Assembly (NCBI GenBank): GCA_046583095.1
Contig: JAYGDB010000222.1
Coordinates: forward strand, 6,710 to 70,709
From: Myxococcota bacterium
GTDB lineage: Bacteria > Myxococcota_A > UBA9160 > UBA4427
Reading direction: 5' to 3'
DNA: 64,000 nt
Below are positions 32,277 to 42,528 of the stretch, in pieces. Every line of letters starts with the position of its first letter. The first letter of the stretch is position 1. Both the position numbers and the translations under genes were made by a program. The notes below the pieces were generated by a model. That model was not told the DNA's origin and ran no database searches. It saw nothing but the letters and a program-made list of their open reading frames with translations.

Positions 32277-32652
32277 GGCGCGTCACCAGTTCGACGTCGG
32301 GAACGCCCGCCTCGTCGAGTTGCTCCAGCAGGGGCAGGAAGATTCGGGCCGGGACGTCTCGGTCCGCGCGAATTTCGAGGCCCCCCGCCGCGCTCAGCTT
32401 GCGAACTTCGGTTTGAGAGAGCATCCGGTCTCCCCACACGATGCCCCCGGTCGAGTCGAGCACCAGGACCGGCAGGTTGCGGTCGGGACGCGTCGCGTCG
32501 GCGCTGGCCGTCGTGGGAAGCTCGATCGAGGTCGCCTCGGGCGGGCGCAACGTGCTCGTCAGCATGAAGAAGATCAGCAGCAGGAAGACGACGTTGATCA
32601 GCGGGACGACATTCTCGTTGCGCCGGGGTCGGCGCTGGGCTGAGAATTTCAC
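32266..32652 (-). CDS. exbD: Biopolymer transport protein ExbD
   Basis: VPLINVVFLLLIFFML, IRADR. Confidence 0.88.
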   Translation of the reverse strand: MKFSAQRRPRRNENVVPLINVVFLLLIFFMLTSTLRPPEATSIELPTTASADATRPDRNLPVLVLDSTGGIVWGDRMLSQTEVRKLSAAGGLEIRADRDVPARIFLPLLEQLDEAGVPDVELVTRRVR

Positions 32653-33044
32653 GGCGCGTCTCGGCGCTCGAGCGCGACGTCCGAGACTCCGCCCTGCTCG
32701 ACGGCCTCGAGGGTGTCGACGATGGCCTGTAGCGTTGCGTCCGGGGCCGCAGCCACCACCACGCTGCGGCCGTCACGCTTGGCGTGAGCCGCCGCGGCGA
32801 CGAGTTCTCGCGTCGAGACGATCCGCTCGTCGAGTCGCGCTTTGCCGTCGTCCTCGATCACCACGCGCAGGAAGTCGGTCTGGGGTGCGGCTTGCGCGTT
32901 GCCCGCCCGCACGACCAGCGGCAGCGACCCCTCGACGTCGAAGCGACTCGCGAGCATGAAGAAGACGAGCAGCAGGAAGACGACGTCGATCAACGGCGTC
33001 AGGCTGGGCTTGCGCCGTTTGCGTAGAGGGGGTTCAAAGTGCAC
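32649..33044 (-). CDS. exbD: Biopolymer transport protein ExbD
   Basis: SLTPLIDVVFLLLVFFML. Confidence 0.9.
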   Translation of the reverse strand: MHFEPPLRKRRKPSLTPLIDVVFLLLVFFMLASRFDVEGSLPLVVRAGNAQAAPQTDFLRVVIEDDGKARLDERIVSTRELVAAAAHAKRDGRSVVVAAAPDATLQAIVDTLEAVEQGGVSDVALERRDAP

Positions 33045-33735
33045 GCGGGGATCCGGCGGGTCGCAACCGCGCTTGTTCCACCTCGTCGTTCGGGCTCTGC
33101 TCCGGGGTCGGAGCGTTGAGGACGCGGGTCACCGCGTCGCTCATCGTGCGCCGCACGCGATCGACCTGCGACTCGAACCACGCCAGTGCGGCCATCGCGG
33201 GGACGGCCACCGCGATCCCCACCGCGGTGGTGAGCAACGCCTCCCAGATGCCGCCGGAGAGAAGGCTCGGATCGACCCTGGCGCCGGCTTCTTCGAGACG
33301 CATGAACGCGCGAATCATCCCGAGTACGGTTCCCAGCAGCCCGAGCAGCGGAGCGAGGTTGCCGATCACCTCGAGGCCACGGAGGTTCGACTCGAGCGAT
33401 CCGATCTCCGCGTCGCCGGCGCGCTGCACCTCCTCGCGCACCGCCTCCGCCGACAGATCGTTCCGCTGGCGTTCCGTCAGCGCGATCGTGAGGACGCGCG
33501 CGATCGGGCTCGGCATTTCGCTCGTGACGGTGAGCGCGCGCGTCGCGTCTCCACTGCGGACCGATGACAGGACGTCCTCGAGCCAGGCCCGGCTCCAGAT
33601 TCGAAGGCGAGTGAACTGGTGGAGCTTCACCAGGATGATCGAGACCCCCGCCAAGGAGAGAAGCAGCAGGACGCCCATCACCCACCCGCCGCGCGCGACG
33701 AGTTCGAAGACCTGGGGGGCGAGGGCCGACTCCAT
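33034..33735 (-). CDS. exbB: MotA/TolQ/ExbB proton channel
   Basis: APLLGLLGTVLGMI, GGIWEALLTTAVG. Confidence 0.92.
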   Translation of the reverse strand: MESALAPQVFELVARGGWVMGVLLLLSLAGVSIILVKLHQFTRLRIWSRAWLEDVLSSVRSGDATRALTVTSEMPSPIARVLTIALTERQRNDLSAEAVREEVQRAGDAEIGSLESNLRGLEVIGNLAPLLGLLGTVLGMIRAFMRLEEAGARVDPSLLSGGIWEALLTTAVGIAVAVPAMAALAWFESQVDRVRRTMSDAVTRVLNAPTPEQSPNDEVEQARLRPAGSPRAL

Positions 33736-33823
33736 GGGGAGTGTTTCCGTTCGAAGGGTACGAAACCCGAGACGGTATCAGGCCGCGCAGACGGAGTCGC
33801 GGGTCTCGCGGTGGGTTTGCCGA

Positions 33824-35896
33824 TCAGTCCGAGGCCGGCTCGCGCTCGGGACCGTAGAACGGGCTCGACCAGGCAGCGCCGTCGATCTGCCGCACTCGCA
33901 GGTAGACGTACTCGCCCGCCGCGAGGGCCGGGATCTCGCGTTCTCCCTTCCAATCCAGGACGTCGTCCGCGTCGCTCGGCAACGAGGCGGTCAAACCCGT
34001 GCGGATGAAGTCGATCCCTTCGATGGGCGCGGTTCCGGCGATCTCATATCGCAGGAGCTGTGTGCCCGCTTCGGTGGGCGCTGACAGGCGGACGTCGAGA
34101 TAGATCCGGGGACCGTTCGTCGCGTAGGTGGCCCGCGCGCGCAGGGCCGCGAGCACGGCGTCGCGGGTCCGCTCCTCGGTGTAGAGGGCCGCCAGGCCGC
34201 TCGCCCCCGAGGCCGAAACCCATGCGAGCCCCGGGTGTCCGTCGTGGCTGTCACTGCTGCCGATGAAGCCGAAGCGGTAGCCGAGCTTCAGGGCGTCTCG
34301 AACGAAGTTACCGGCGACGGGGCTGTAGATCGGCTGGGGCGAGTCCGGGGCCTCGCTGCTTCCGTGTACGGAGACGATCTCGGTGACGGGTTCGAGCTCG
34401 GGCGGCGGCGCATAGGTCCAGTTCGTCGAGACGGGTCCCCCCGCAGAGTGATGCGCGAAGGTGAGTGCAGGCTGCCCCTCCAGGGCGCGCCAGAGTTCGT
34501 CGGGCGTGTCGAAACGTGGATCGATCGAACTGAGCACCTCGCCCTCGTCGCGGAAGTACAGAACGTGCCGGTGTCCCTGCAGCCAGCTCGTCCACTCGTA
34601 ACCAAGCAGGGTGACGAAGCGTCCCGGCTGGTAGTGGCTCTTGGCCGCCGCGCGGATCTGACTCCACATCTCCGGGTTCGCGTCGAGGAAGAGCAGACCC
34701 CAGTGGTCGTGATCCGTCAGGGCCGCGACGTCGAGGGCCGCAACATCCCGGGCGTAGTCGTAGAAGTCCGACGGGGTGCCGGTGCCGTCCGAGAGATGGG
34801 AGTGGCCGTGCAGATCGGCCCACAGCACGTGGCGCACGCCCCGGCGCACCACGAGGGGATTCGATTCGGCGGCGAGGGGGCCTCGTTCGGTCTCGGCCAG
34901 GAAGCGAAGCCGGTGGATTCCCTCGGCTTTCGCCCGGCCGACGATCGATCTGCGCCCGCGATCGGCGGCGCGGAACGCGATCCGCTCGGGCAGGCCTGTG
35001 ACTCCCGGCGCCTCGATGGAAATTTCGCCCTCCCAGCTCCTGCCGTTCACGCTGGGATCCGCGTTTCCCTCGGAGTCGAGCAGGGCGAGGGTGATGCGCA
35101 CCTCGTCGCCCGGCTCGGCGGTCGACGTTACGGTGGCGATCAGCCACCCGGGCTGGCTCGCCCGCACGAGAACGCTCGGGCTGTCCGGAAGCAAGCTGCG
35201 AACGCCGTCGCCATCCCCGTCGACGGCGATCCAGAGTCGCGACACCGATTCCGCGAAGCGATCGACCCGGGCGCCTGCGGCTCCGGCGCCATACACGATG
35301 TGAATCTGCTCCCCCGGCTCGAGCCCCCGGCCTCGAATCTCGATCACCATCAGCTGTGGCGCGACGAGGAACGCGTCCAGCAGGACGCCCTTCGCATCCG
35401 TGCTCACCTCGGTATATCCCGACGCGTCTTCCCATTGCGTCTGGGGATCGTCCCACTCCCAGAAGGGAGAGATCTGCAGGAACACGGTGCCGCCGTCCGC
35501 GACGCCAAGGGGGCCGGCCTCGTAGACGAGATGGAAGCGATTGCGCGACTCGGCCTCGACGATGTGCACGCCCTGGTCGCTGCGAGCTGCGGCCACGAAG
35601 TCGCCGCCGGGCGCCATCACGAGCACCTGCTCGAGCCATGCGCGTCCGCCGCCATCCGAGGCATGCCGCGGGGTCGTGAGATCTTCGATCAGAGGTTCGA
35701 CGGCGTCGGGATGTGCGTCGGCGGAGAGGGGTCCGAGCGGAGGCGAGGTCGAGGGAGCCGGAGCTTGTGAACCGGGCTCGGGCTCCGCCCCACACGCCAC
35801 GAGCCGCAGCGCGACGACGGCCAGCAGAGCCGCCTGCCGCGGTAACGCGCAACGGGGCGCGCGAGCTCTCACCTGACTGCGACTCCTGGCGTCCAA
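33824..35896 (-). CDS. PHP-like metallohydrolase (CehA/McbA, DUF3604-like), probable lipoprotein
   Basis: WADLHGHSHLSDG, LTDHD, GYEW, HRHV, GFIGSSDSHDGHPG, AWSSP; lipobox-like LVACG; exact start uncertain. Confidence 0.82.
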   Translation of the reverse strand: MDARSRSQVRARAPRCALPRQAALLAVVALRLVACGAEPEPGSQAPAPSTSPPLGPLSADAHPDAVEPLIEDLTTPRHASDGGGRAWLEQVLVMAPGGDFVAAARSDQGVHIVEAESRNRFHLVYEAGPLGVADGGTVFLQISPFWEWDDPQTQWEDASGYTEVSTDAKGVLLDAFLVAPQLMVIEIRGRGLEPGEQIHIVYGAGAAGARVDRFAESVSRLWIAVDGDGDGVRSLLPDSPSVLVRASQPGWLIATVTSTAEPGDEVRITLALLDSEGNADPSVNGRSWEGEISIEAPGVTGLPERIAFRAADRGRRSIVGRAKAEGIHRLRFLAETERGPLAAESNPLVVRRGVRHVLWADLHGHSHLSDGTGTPSDFYDYARDVAALDVAALTDHDHWGLLFLDANPEMWSQIRAAAKSHYQPGRFVTLLGYEWTSWLQGHRHVLYFRDEGEVLSSIDPRFDTPDELWRALEGQPALTFAHHSAGGPVSTNWTYAPPPELEPVTEIVSVHGSSEAPDSPQPIYSPVAGNFVRDALKLGYRFGFIGSSDSHDGHPGLAWVSASGASGLAALYTEERTRDAVLAALRARATYATNGPRIYLDVRLSAPTEAGTQLLRYEIAGTAPIEGIDFIRTGLTASLPSDADDVLDWKGEREIPALAAGEYVYLRVRQIDGAAWSSPFYGPEREPASD

Positions 35897-35980
35897 CAGT
35901 CGCTTTTCCCCTTTAGCGACGGGCCGTTCGGAAGCCCTTCATAGCGTATGGGGCTGCTTCTGGCCGGACGACCCGGTCGC

Positions 35981-36763
35981 TCAGGTTTCGAAGCTGCCGT
36001 CCGGGCGCCGTCGCCAGCCCCCCGCGGCGTGGTTGCCCCCGTCCACATGCAAGGTGGTTCCGGTCACGAATCGCGACAGGTCCGATGCCAGGTAGAGGGC
36101 GGCACCCGCGACGTCGTCGGGCTGCCCGGATCGGGCCAGCGGCGTCGCCGGGGGAGTGTCCCCCAGGCCTTCGAGCCCCGGGGTGGCAATCACATCGGGT
36201 GCGATGCAGTTCACGCGGATCTGCCTGTCTCCCAGTTCGAGGGCGAGGCTCTTCGTGAGACTCGCGACGGCGGCCTTCATCGCCGAGTAGACGGCGAAGC
36301 CCGGGCCCGCCCGGTGTGCCTCGATGGAGGTGAGGTTGATCACGGAGGCGCCGTCGGCGAGGTGGGGAAGGGCGGCGCGCACGAAGTGGCTGACGCTCGA
36401 GAAGTTCTCCTCGACGAGCGCGCGCTCGCCGCCCGGGGAAAGCTGAGCGAAGTCGGACGCGAAGGTGCCGCCCGCGTTGTTCACCAGCACGTGGATCGTC
36501 CCGGCCTTGCCCGCGACGTCCGCCACGAAGCCGGTCACGGCCTCAGCGTCTCGAACATCGAGCAGGGCCGTCTCGACGCGGCCCCCGTGCGCTTCGAGCG
36601 CTGCGGCAGTCTGCGCGAGCGCGTCTGCCTCGCGGTCGCACACTGCGACATCGGCCCCGAAGCGCGCGAAGGTTTCCGCGATGCAAGCGCCCAGCCCCAT
36701 GGCGGCGCCCGTTACGATGGCGCAGCGTCCGCGTAGCGAGAGGCTGTCGGGATCGATCGCCAC
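35981..36763 (-). CDS. Short-chain dehydrogenase/reductase
   Basis: TGAAMGLG, NNAG, YSAMK, IRVNCIAP. Confidence 0.92.
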   Translation of the reverse strand: MAIDPDSLSLRGRCAIVTGAAMGLGACIAETFARFGADVAVCDREADALAQTAAALEAHGGRVETALLDVRDAEAVTGFVADVAGKAGTIHVLVNNAGGTFASDFAQLSPGGERALVEENFSSVSHFVRAALPHLADGASVINLTSIEAHRAGPGFAVYSAMKAAVASLTKSLALELGDRQIRVNCIAPDVIATPGLEGLGDTPPATPLARSGQPDDVAGAALYLASDLSRFVTGTTLHVDGGNHAAGGWRRRPDGSFET

Positions 36764-38341
36764 TCAGGCGCTGGGGGGCTGCCTGAGTCGCTGGGCGAGC
36801 AGGGGCCCGGTCCAGGCCAGCCACTCGCACAGGACGGGCCGCGTGCGGCGGGGATCGATCAGATCGTGGACGCCGAAGATCTCGGCGCGCGGGAAGGGTG
36901 AGCGACCCTGGGCGAGTTTCTCCTCCAGCTCTCGTCGCTTGGCCTCCGGATCCTCGGCGGCCGCAATCTCGCGCCGGAACGCTACGGCGACGCCACCCTC
37001 GAGGGGCAGCGCGCCACTCTCGGCCGAGGGCCAGGCCAGCACGGTTCCGTAGGGACCGAAGTGGGCAGCGGCGGCGACGCCGTAGGCCTTGCGGACGTGC
37101 ACCGACACCCAGGGCACCGTCGACTCGACCACGGCGACGATCGCGTCCACGCCGTGGCGGATGGTTGCCGAGGCCTCGGACTCGGCGCCGATCATGAACC
37201 CGGGCTCGTCGACGAAGCTGACGATGGGCAAGTGGAAGGTCTCGCACAGGTTCACGAAGCGGCGGACCTTCTGGGCTCCGTCGGCGCCCATCGAGCCGCC
37301 GTAGATGGCCGGGTCGTTCGCGAGGATGCCGACGGGCTGACCGTCGAGCCGGGCCAGCGCGGTGATCTGCGAGCGTCCGTAGCCCGCGGTCATCTCGAAG
37401 AGCGATCCGCTATCGACGACCGCCTCGAGCAACTTCCGCATTTTGTAGATCTTCCGGCGATCCCTGGGGATGATTTCGAGCAGCGCCTCCTCGCAGCGGC
37501 CGGGATCGTCATCGCTGGCGATCGTCGGCGGGAGCAGCGAGACGTTGGTCGGCAGATAGCTCAAGAAGCGCTTGATCTGGTCGAGGGCGTCGGCTTCGTC
37601 GCGTCCCACGTTGTCGACCACGCCGCTGCGCGAATGGACCCGGGCGCCGCCGAGTTCGTCCTTTGTCAACTCGTCTCCCAGCGCGCGGGCGACGAGCGCC
37701 GGGCCGCCGATCAGCACCTGCGATGTCTCCTTCGTCATGACGGAGAAGTGCGAGGCCGCGAGTCGCGCCGCGGGAAATCCGGCCACCGCGCCGAGCGCCG
37801 CCGAGCAGACCGGCGCGATTCGCAGCACGCTCGCGATCGAAAGGAAGCGTTGCTCACCGAACATCTTCTCGGGCGCGGTTCGCGGCGGGGGCGTGCCGCC
37901 CTTCTTCTTTTTCCCCGCGTTGCTCGCCGCTCCGGCGACGCTGCCCCCGCCGCCTTCCAGGAAGCGGATGAGCGGCAGGCGGTAGTGGCGTGCGAGATCT
38001 TCCGAGTACACGCTCTTGCGCAGACCGGCGGGGGATGGAGATCCCCCGCGCTGGGTGAAGTCCTCGCCGCCCAACACGACCGGCCGTCCCTCCACCTTCG
38101 CGAACCCGACGACGTAGTTCGCGGGAGAGAAATCGACGAGGTTGCCCTCTTCATCGCGCTCCGGGTGACCCGCGAGGGGTCCGTGCTCGTGAAAGCTGCC
38201 CGGGTCCGCCATGTGGTCGATTCGCTCGCGCACGTTGAGCCGCCCGCGCGCGTGTTGTTTCTCGACGGCTTCGTCGCCACCCATCTTGCGGGCGAGTTCC
38301 CGGCGCTCCTCGATCTCTTCGACTTCTCGCTTCCAGCTCAT
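36764..38341 (-). CDS. Acyl-CoA carboxylase carboxyltransferase subunit
   Basis: MGG..AVEKQHARGRLNVRERI, DFTQRGGS, FVDEPGFMIG, DLIDPRRTR; start MSWKRE (38341). Confidence 0.9.
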   Translation of the reverse strand: MSWKREVEEIEERRELARKMGGDEAVEKQHARGRLNVRERIDHMADPGSFHEHGPLAGHPERDEEGNLVDFSPANYVVGFAKVEGRPVVLGGEDFTQRGGSPSPAGLRKSVYSEDLARHYRLPLIRFLEGGGGSVAGAASNAGKKKKGGTPPPRTAPEKMFGEQRFLSIASVLRIAPVCSAALGAVAGFPAARLAASHFSVMTKETSQVLIGGPALVARALGDELTKDELGGARVHSRSGVVDNVGRDEADALDQIKRFLSYLPTNVSLLPPTIASDDDPGRCEEALLEIIPRDRRKIYKMRKLLEAVVDSGSLFEMTAGYGRSQITALARLDGQPVGILANDPAIYGGSMGADGAQKVRRFVNLCETFHLPIVSFVDEPGFMIGAESEASATIRHGVDAIVAVVESTVPWVSVHVRKAYGVAAAAHFGPYGTVLAWPSAESGALPLEGGVAVAFRREIAAAEDPEAKRRELEEKLAQGRSPFPRAEIFGVHDLIDPRRTRPVLCEWLAWTGPLLAQRLRQPPSA

Positions 38342-38360
38342 GGCCGCTCCCTGGGCTCCA

Positions 38361-38867
38361 TCAGAAGAGCAGGGTTTCGCATTCGAGGGTGGCGAGGTCG
38401 ACCACGCCGATCGCATTGCGACCGGGCATGTGGCCCGCACACTCGCCGGGATTGAAGACGAGCGTGCCTCCGCGCTCCTCGAGGTGGTAGCAATGATCGT
38501 GGCCGTGGAGGATCAGGGCGGGGGCGGCTCCCCGGTCCTGGGCCTCCGGCAGGCTGTGCTCGAAGTCCTGTGGATCGTGCACCACCCACAGGCGGCGATC
38601 CTCCCAGTCGAGTTCGAGGGGCGGGTCCGAGAGGTGGATGCCGAAGCGCCGGGCGGCGCTCTCGAGAGAGTCGCGCTCCGGAAGGTCGTTGTTGCCGTAG
38701 ACCGCATGCAGGGGAGCATCCAGCCCGGCGAGAACCTCGAGGGTCTTCCCCTGGGTGATATCCCCGGTGTGGATGACCCGATCTACGCGGGCGTCATTCA
38801 GGATCTCGACGATCCGCGAGACATTGGGGAGGTGGTTGTGGGTGTCGCTGACGATGCCGATCCGCAT
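38361..38867 (-). CDS. YfcE-like metallophosphoesterase
   Basis: SDTH, HTGD, YGNND, HGHDH, NPGE. Confidence 0.9.
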   Translation of the reverse strand: MRIGIVSDTHNHLPNVSRIVEILNDARVDRVIHTGDITQGKTLEVLAGLDAPLHAVYGNNDLPERDSLESAARRFGIHLSDPPLELDWEDRRLWVVHDPQDFEHSLPEAQDRGAAPALILHGHDHCYHLEERGGTLVFNPGECAGHMPGRNAIGVVDLATLECETLLF

Positions 38868-38927
38868 GGCCGGACGACGGTAGCCCAGGGCTATGCTGAG
38901 CCGCCTCGAACCCAGGAGGCGACGGCC

Positions 38928-39794
38928 ATGCCCTACGAGACGCTGCTGACGGACCTCGAAGACGGGATCTTCACGCTCACCCTGAATCGCCCCGACAAGC
39001 TCAACGCGTTCACCGCCACCATGATGACCGACTACCTCGAGGTGCTGGACGAGATCGACGAAAACGACGACGTGCGGGTCGTGATCGTGACCGGCGCCGG
39101 GCGTGGCTTCTGTGCGGGCGCCGATCTTAGTGAGGGAAGCGGCACCTTCGATTCGAGCGGCGGCGAGCAAGACGGTCCCCCGCCGGTCCCCCGGGACGGC
39201 GGCGGACTCGTCACCCTGCGCATCTTCGAGTGCAAGAAGCCGTTGATTGCGGCGATCAATGGCCCCGCGGTCGGTGTTGGCATCACGCAGACGCTGCCGA
39301 TGGATATCCGGCTGGCCAGCGACCAGGCGAAGATCGGCTTCGTGTTCGCGCGCCGGGGTCTCGTGCCGGAGGCTTGCAGCAGCTGGTTCCTGCCCCGGGT
39401 GGTGGGGATCAGCAAGGCGATGGAGTGGGTGGCGACCGGCCGGGTGTTTCCGGCGGCGGAGGCCCATGCGGCCGGCCTCGTTTCGGAGCTACTTGCGCCG
39501 GAGGACCTGCTGCCCCGGGCACGAGAGTTGGCTGCCGAGATCGCGCAGAACACCAGCGCGGTCTCGGTCGCCCTGTCGCGGCAGATGCTGTGGAAGATGC
39601 TCGGTGCCGACCACCCGATGGAAGCCCATCGCATCGACTCGCGAGGCATCCAGTACATGGGAAGCTCGGCGGACGCCCGGGAAGGAGTCCAGAGCTTCCT
39701 CGACAAGCGGTCGCCGGCCTTCGGGATGAAGGTCTCGCAGGACCTGCCTGACTATTATCCCTGGTGGAAGGACCGGGCCTTCGAGGGCGACTAG
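38928..39794 (+). CDS. Crotonase/enoyl-CoA hydratase family protein
   Basis: LNRPDKLNAF, FCAGADL, AAINGPAVGVG, PEACSSWFLPR; AGGAGG RBS. Confidence 0.92.
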   Translation: MPYETLLTDLEDGIFTLTLNRPDKLNAFTATMMTDYLEVLDEIDENDDVRVVIVTGAGRGFCAGADLSEGSGTFDSSGGEQDGPPPVPRDGGGLVTLRIFECKKPLIAAINGPAVGVGITQTLPMDIRLASDQAKIGFVFARRGLVPEACSSWFLPRVVGISKAMEWVATGRVFPAAEAHAAGLVSELLAPEDLLPRARELAAEIAQNTSAVSVALSRQMLWKMLGADHPMEAHRIDSRGIQYMGSSADAREGVQSFLDKRSPAFGMKVSQDLPDYYPWWKDRAFEGD

Positions 39795-39856
39795 ACCGCG
39801 GCTCCAAAGTCACTGACGGCTAGGCTGCGCGGTCGCAGCCGTTATCATTCGCCCGA

Positions 39857-40498
39857 GTGATTGTCTGGATCCTTCTTGCCCTGTCTGTCGCCTACGCGGT
39901 CTGGCGGCTGTTTCTCGGCTACCCGAAGCCGAGCGGGCCTCATCGCCTGCTGGCGCGCCGGGAAGCGGCCTTTCTAGACGCTGCGGCCGAGGCGATGTTC
40001 CCGCCGGGCGGAGCGATTCCGCTGTCGGGCCGGGATGCAGACCTGCCCGGCTACGCGGAGGGCTTCCTCGTGTCTCTGCCCTCGCACCTGCGGTTGCAGG
40101 TGCGGGCGATGTTCATGCTCTTCGAGCAGGCGACGATCTTCTTGCCGGCGAAGGGATGGGGCGGTTTCCGGCGCTTCTCGTCGCTCGCTCCAGAGCAGCG
40201 GGTCGAGGTGCTCGAAAGTTGGTCGCAGAGCCGCTTCTTCTTGCGGAGGCTGGCGTTCACGGCTCTTCGAGCGGTGCTGACGATGGGTTACCTCGGGCAT
40301 CCGGTCGCGATGCGCTCCGTCCGGCTCGCGCCGTACGACCTTCCCTCGCTGGTCTGCGAGGGCGACCTGCTGTACCCGCGGATCGGAGCGCATCCGGACA
40401 GCATCCGCTTCACCGAAGCCGATCTCTCACAGAGCGATGGCACACCCCTGGATCTCGACGGTCCGGTTCACCCCGACTACACGGGAGACACGCGGTGA
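39857..40498 (+). CDS. Gluconate 2-dehydrogenase subunit 3-like partner of the GMC oxidase
   Basis: RRFSSL..EQR..LESW..SR...LRAVLTMGY pattern; 4-bp overlap with the GMC gene. Confidence 0.7.
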   Translation: MIVWILLALSVAYAVWRLFLGYPKPSGPHRLLARREAAFLDAAAEAMFPPGGAIPLSGRDADLPGYAEGFLVSLPSHLRLQVRAMFMLFEQATIFLPAKGWGGFRRFSSLAPEQRVEVLESWSQSRFFLRRLAFTALRAVLTMGYLGHPVAMRSVRLAPYDLPSLVCEGDLLYPRIGAHPDSIRFTEADLSQSDGTPLDLDGPVHPDYTGDTR

Positions 40499-42033
40499 GC
40501 GAGGACTCGACCCGGGGCGAGGTGCGCGTCTTCGCCCAGTACGACCGCGATTTCGACGAGGAGACCGACGTCGTCATCGTCGGCTCGGGCCCCTGTGGCG
40601 CCGTGGTCGCCTACGAGGTCGCGAAGGCCGGGCACCGGGTTCTGCTCCTCGAGGAAGGGCCTCCCTTCACGCCGTCGGAGTTCGAGCTCGAGGGAAGTCG
40701 ATCGATGGCACGCACGATGCGGGAGGGTGGGCTGCGAAGCACCCGCGGCACGATCCTGCCGACCATGCAGGCGATCGCGCTGGGCGGCGGGTCTCTCGTC
40801 AACTCGGCGATCTGTGTCCGCCCGCCGGAGTCGGTCTTCGAGCGGTGGGCGACGGGCTTCGACCTCGAGCGCACGAACCGCACGGAACTCGACCGCCACT
40901 ACGACAGCGTCGGAGACTTCCTCGGCATTGCCCCGACACCGGAAGAGGTGCTCGGTCGCCGCAACACCTTGTTTCGGGATGGTTGCGACGCCCTCGGTTA
41001 CGCGAGCGAGCCCATCAGCCGCAACGTGAAGGGCTGTCGAGGCAGCGGCGAGTGCTTCACCGGATGCCGCAGCCGTGCCAAGCAGAGCATGGACATCAGC
41101 TACATCCCCGCGGCGATCCGGCTCGGTGCACGCGTATTGACGTCTGTGCAGGTGCAGGAGGTGCTCCACACCGACACGCGGGTCACGGGTCTTCGCGGCC
41201 AGGTCGCCGAGCCATTTACGGGCAAGCTCAGCCACCGCTTCCGCGTGCGGGCAAAGATCGTCGTGATGGCGGCGGGCTGCATGGCGACCCCCGTGCTCCT
41301 GCAGCGCAGCGGGAACCTCGCGAACCGTTCCGGGCAGGTCGGCGAGAACCTGCAGTTCCATCCGGGTATTGCCATAGCCGGCTTCTTTCCGGAGCGGACC
41401 GACCCCCAGTTCGGGGCGACCCAGGGCTATCACAGCCTTCACTTCCTCGACGAGGGCTTCAAGCTCGAGACCCTCTGGGCGCCCCCGGCCGTGATGGCGG
41501 TACGGATGCCGGGCTTCGGTCATCCGCTCCAGCAGATCTTCTCGGAGTTCCCGCAGATGGCGGTGTGGGACGCAATCGCCAGCACCCACAAGTCCCTCGG
41601 CAGCGTGCGACCTCGCCGCCGGGGCCTGGATCCGACCCTCACCTGGAACATGCATCCCGACGACGTGCGCATCGTCGCGCGCGCACTCTGGGTGCTGGCG
41701 GAGATCTTCTTTGCAGCCGGGGCCACGAAGGTCATGCCCGGCGTGAACGGCATTGCCGACGTGATGCACTCTCTCGACGAGGCCGAGCCCCTGCGCAGTC
41801 ATCCCTTCAAGCCGAGCGATCTGGTCTCCGGTGGAAACCACGCCTTCTGTACCACCCGCATGCACGGGGATCCGAGCCGCGGAGTCGTGGACGAGGACGG
41901 CCTCTGCCACGACCTCGACAATCTCTACATCGCCGACACCGGGATCTTCCCACAGTGCCCCTCGGTGAACCCGATGTTCACCGGGATGGCCCTGGCCCAC
42001 CGCCAGGCCGAGAAGCTGGTCTCGCGTCTCTGA
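40495..42033 (+). CDS. GMC family oxidoreductase
   Basis: DVVIVGSGPCG, LGGGSLVNS, VGENLQFHP, NLYIADTGIFP..PSVNP. Confidence 0.92.
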   Translation: MSEDSTRGEVRVFAQYDRDFDEETDVVIVGSGPCGAVVAYEVAKAGHRVLLLEEGPPFTPSEFELEGSRSMARTMREGGLRSTRGTILPTMQAIALGGGSLVNSAICVRPPESVFERWATGFDLERTNRTELDRHYDSVGDFLGIAPTPEEVLGRRNTLFRDGCDALGYASEPISRNVKGCRGSGECFTGCRSRAKQSMDISYIPAAIRLGARVLTSVQVQEVLHTDTRVTGLRGQVAEPFTGKLSHRFRVRAKIVVMAAGCMATPVLLQRSGNLANRSGQVGENLQFHPGIAIAGFFPERTDPQFGATQGYHSLHFLDEGFKLETLWAPPAVMAVRMPGFGHPLQQIFSEFPQMAVWDAIASTHKSLGSVRPRRRGLDPTLTWNMHPDDVRIVARALWVLAEIFFAAGATKVMPGVNGIADVMHSLDEAEPLRSHPFKPSDLVSGGNHAFCTTRMHGDPSRGVVDEDGLCHDLDNLYIADTGIFPQCPSVNPMFTGMALAHRQAEKLVSRL

Positions 42034-42131
42034 TTGCCCCCGCGGGAGCGGCTGCCGATTACCGCTTCACCCCGCAGGCGTCTGATCCGATCAGTCAGTA
42101 AGGCAACCCGTTCCCGGCCTGCGAGGAAGCC

Positions 42132-42476
42132 ATGAAGAGGCCCCGTGTTCTGATCCTGTGCGTGTCCCTCGGGTTGGCAGCCCTGCTGTCGGCGGGCCCG
42201 GCCCTCGCCCGTCCGTCGAACCGGACGGAATGTCGGCGAATCACCCGCCAGATCGATCACTTCAGGGATGTCGCCGCGATGGCGGCGCGACGGGGAAACG
42301 AGACCTGGTTCAACGGCACGGTCGATCACATCCGGCGCCTCGGGGAGCGGCGGGTTCGCCTCTGCCCGGAGTACCAGGAGCCGAACTACAAGGCCATTTA
42401 CGCGCAGTGGACGAAGGCGATGATCAAGAGAGCCGCCAAGTTGTTCATCTCCTACTCGACGTTCGGCGCGTTCTGA
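42132..42476 (+). CDS. Small secreted hypothetical protein
   Basis: GAGGA RBS, signal peptide ending GPALA, two Cys in the mature part. Confidence 0.7.
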   Translation: MKRPRVLILCVSLGLAALLSAGPALARPSNRTECRRITRQIDHFRDVAAMAARRGNETWFNGTVDHIRRLGERRVRLCPEYQEPNYKAIYAQWTKAMIKRAAKLFISYSTFGAF

Positions 42477-42528
42477 GGCAGGCACGACTGCGCTAGCTTG
42501 GTTCTCCTGACATCCCGGAGGACCCCCC

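Noticed and set aside
33780-33825. Minus-strand GGCAAACCCACCGCGAG upstream of exbB, resembling the start of a c-di-GMP-I riboswitch
   Set aside because: The complementary strand of the stem and the GACGCAAAGC segment are missing
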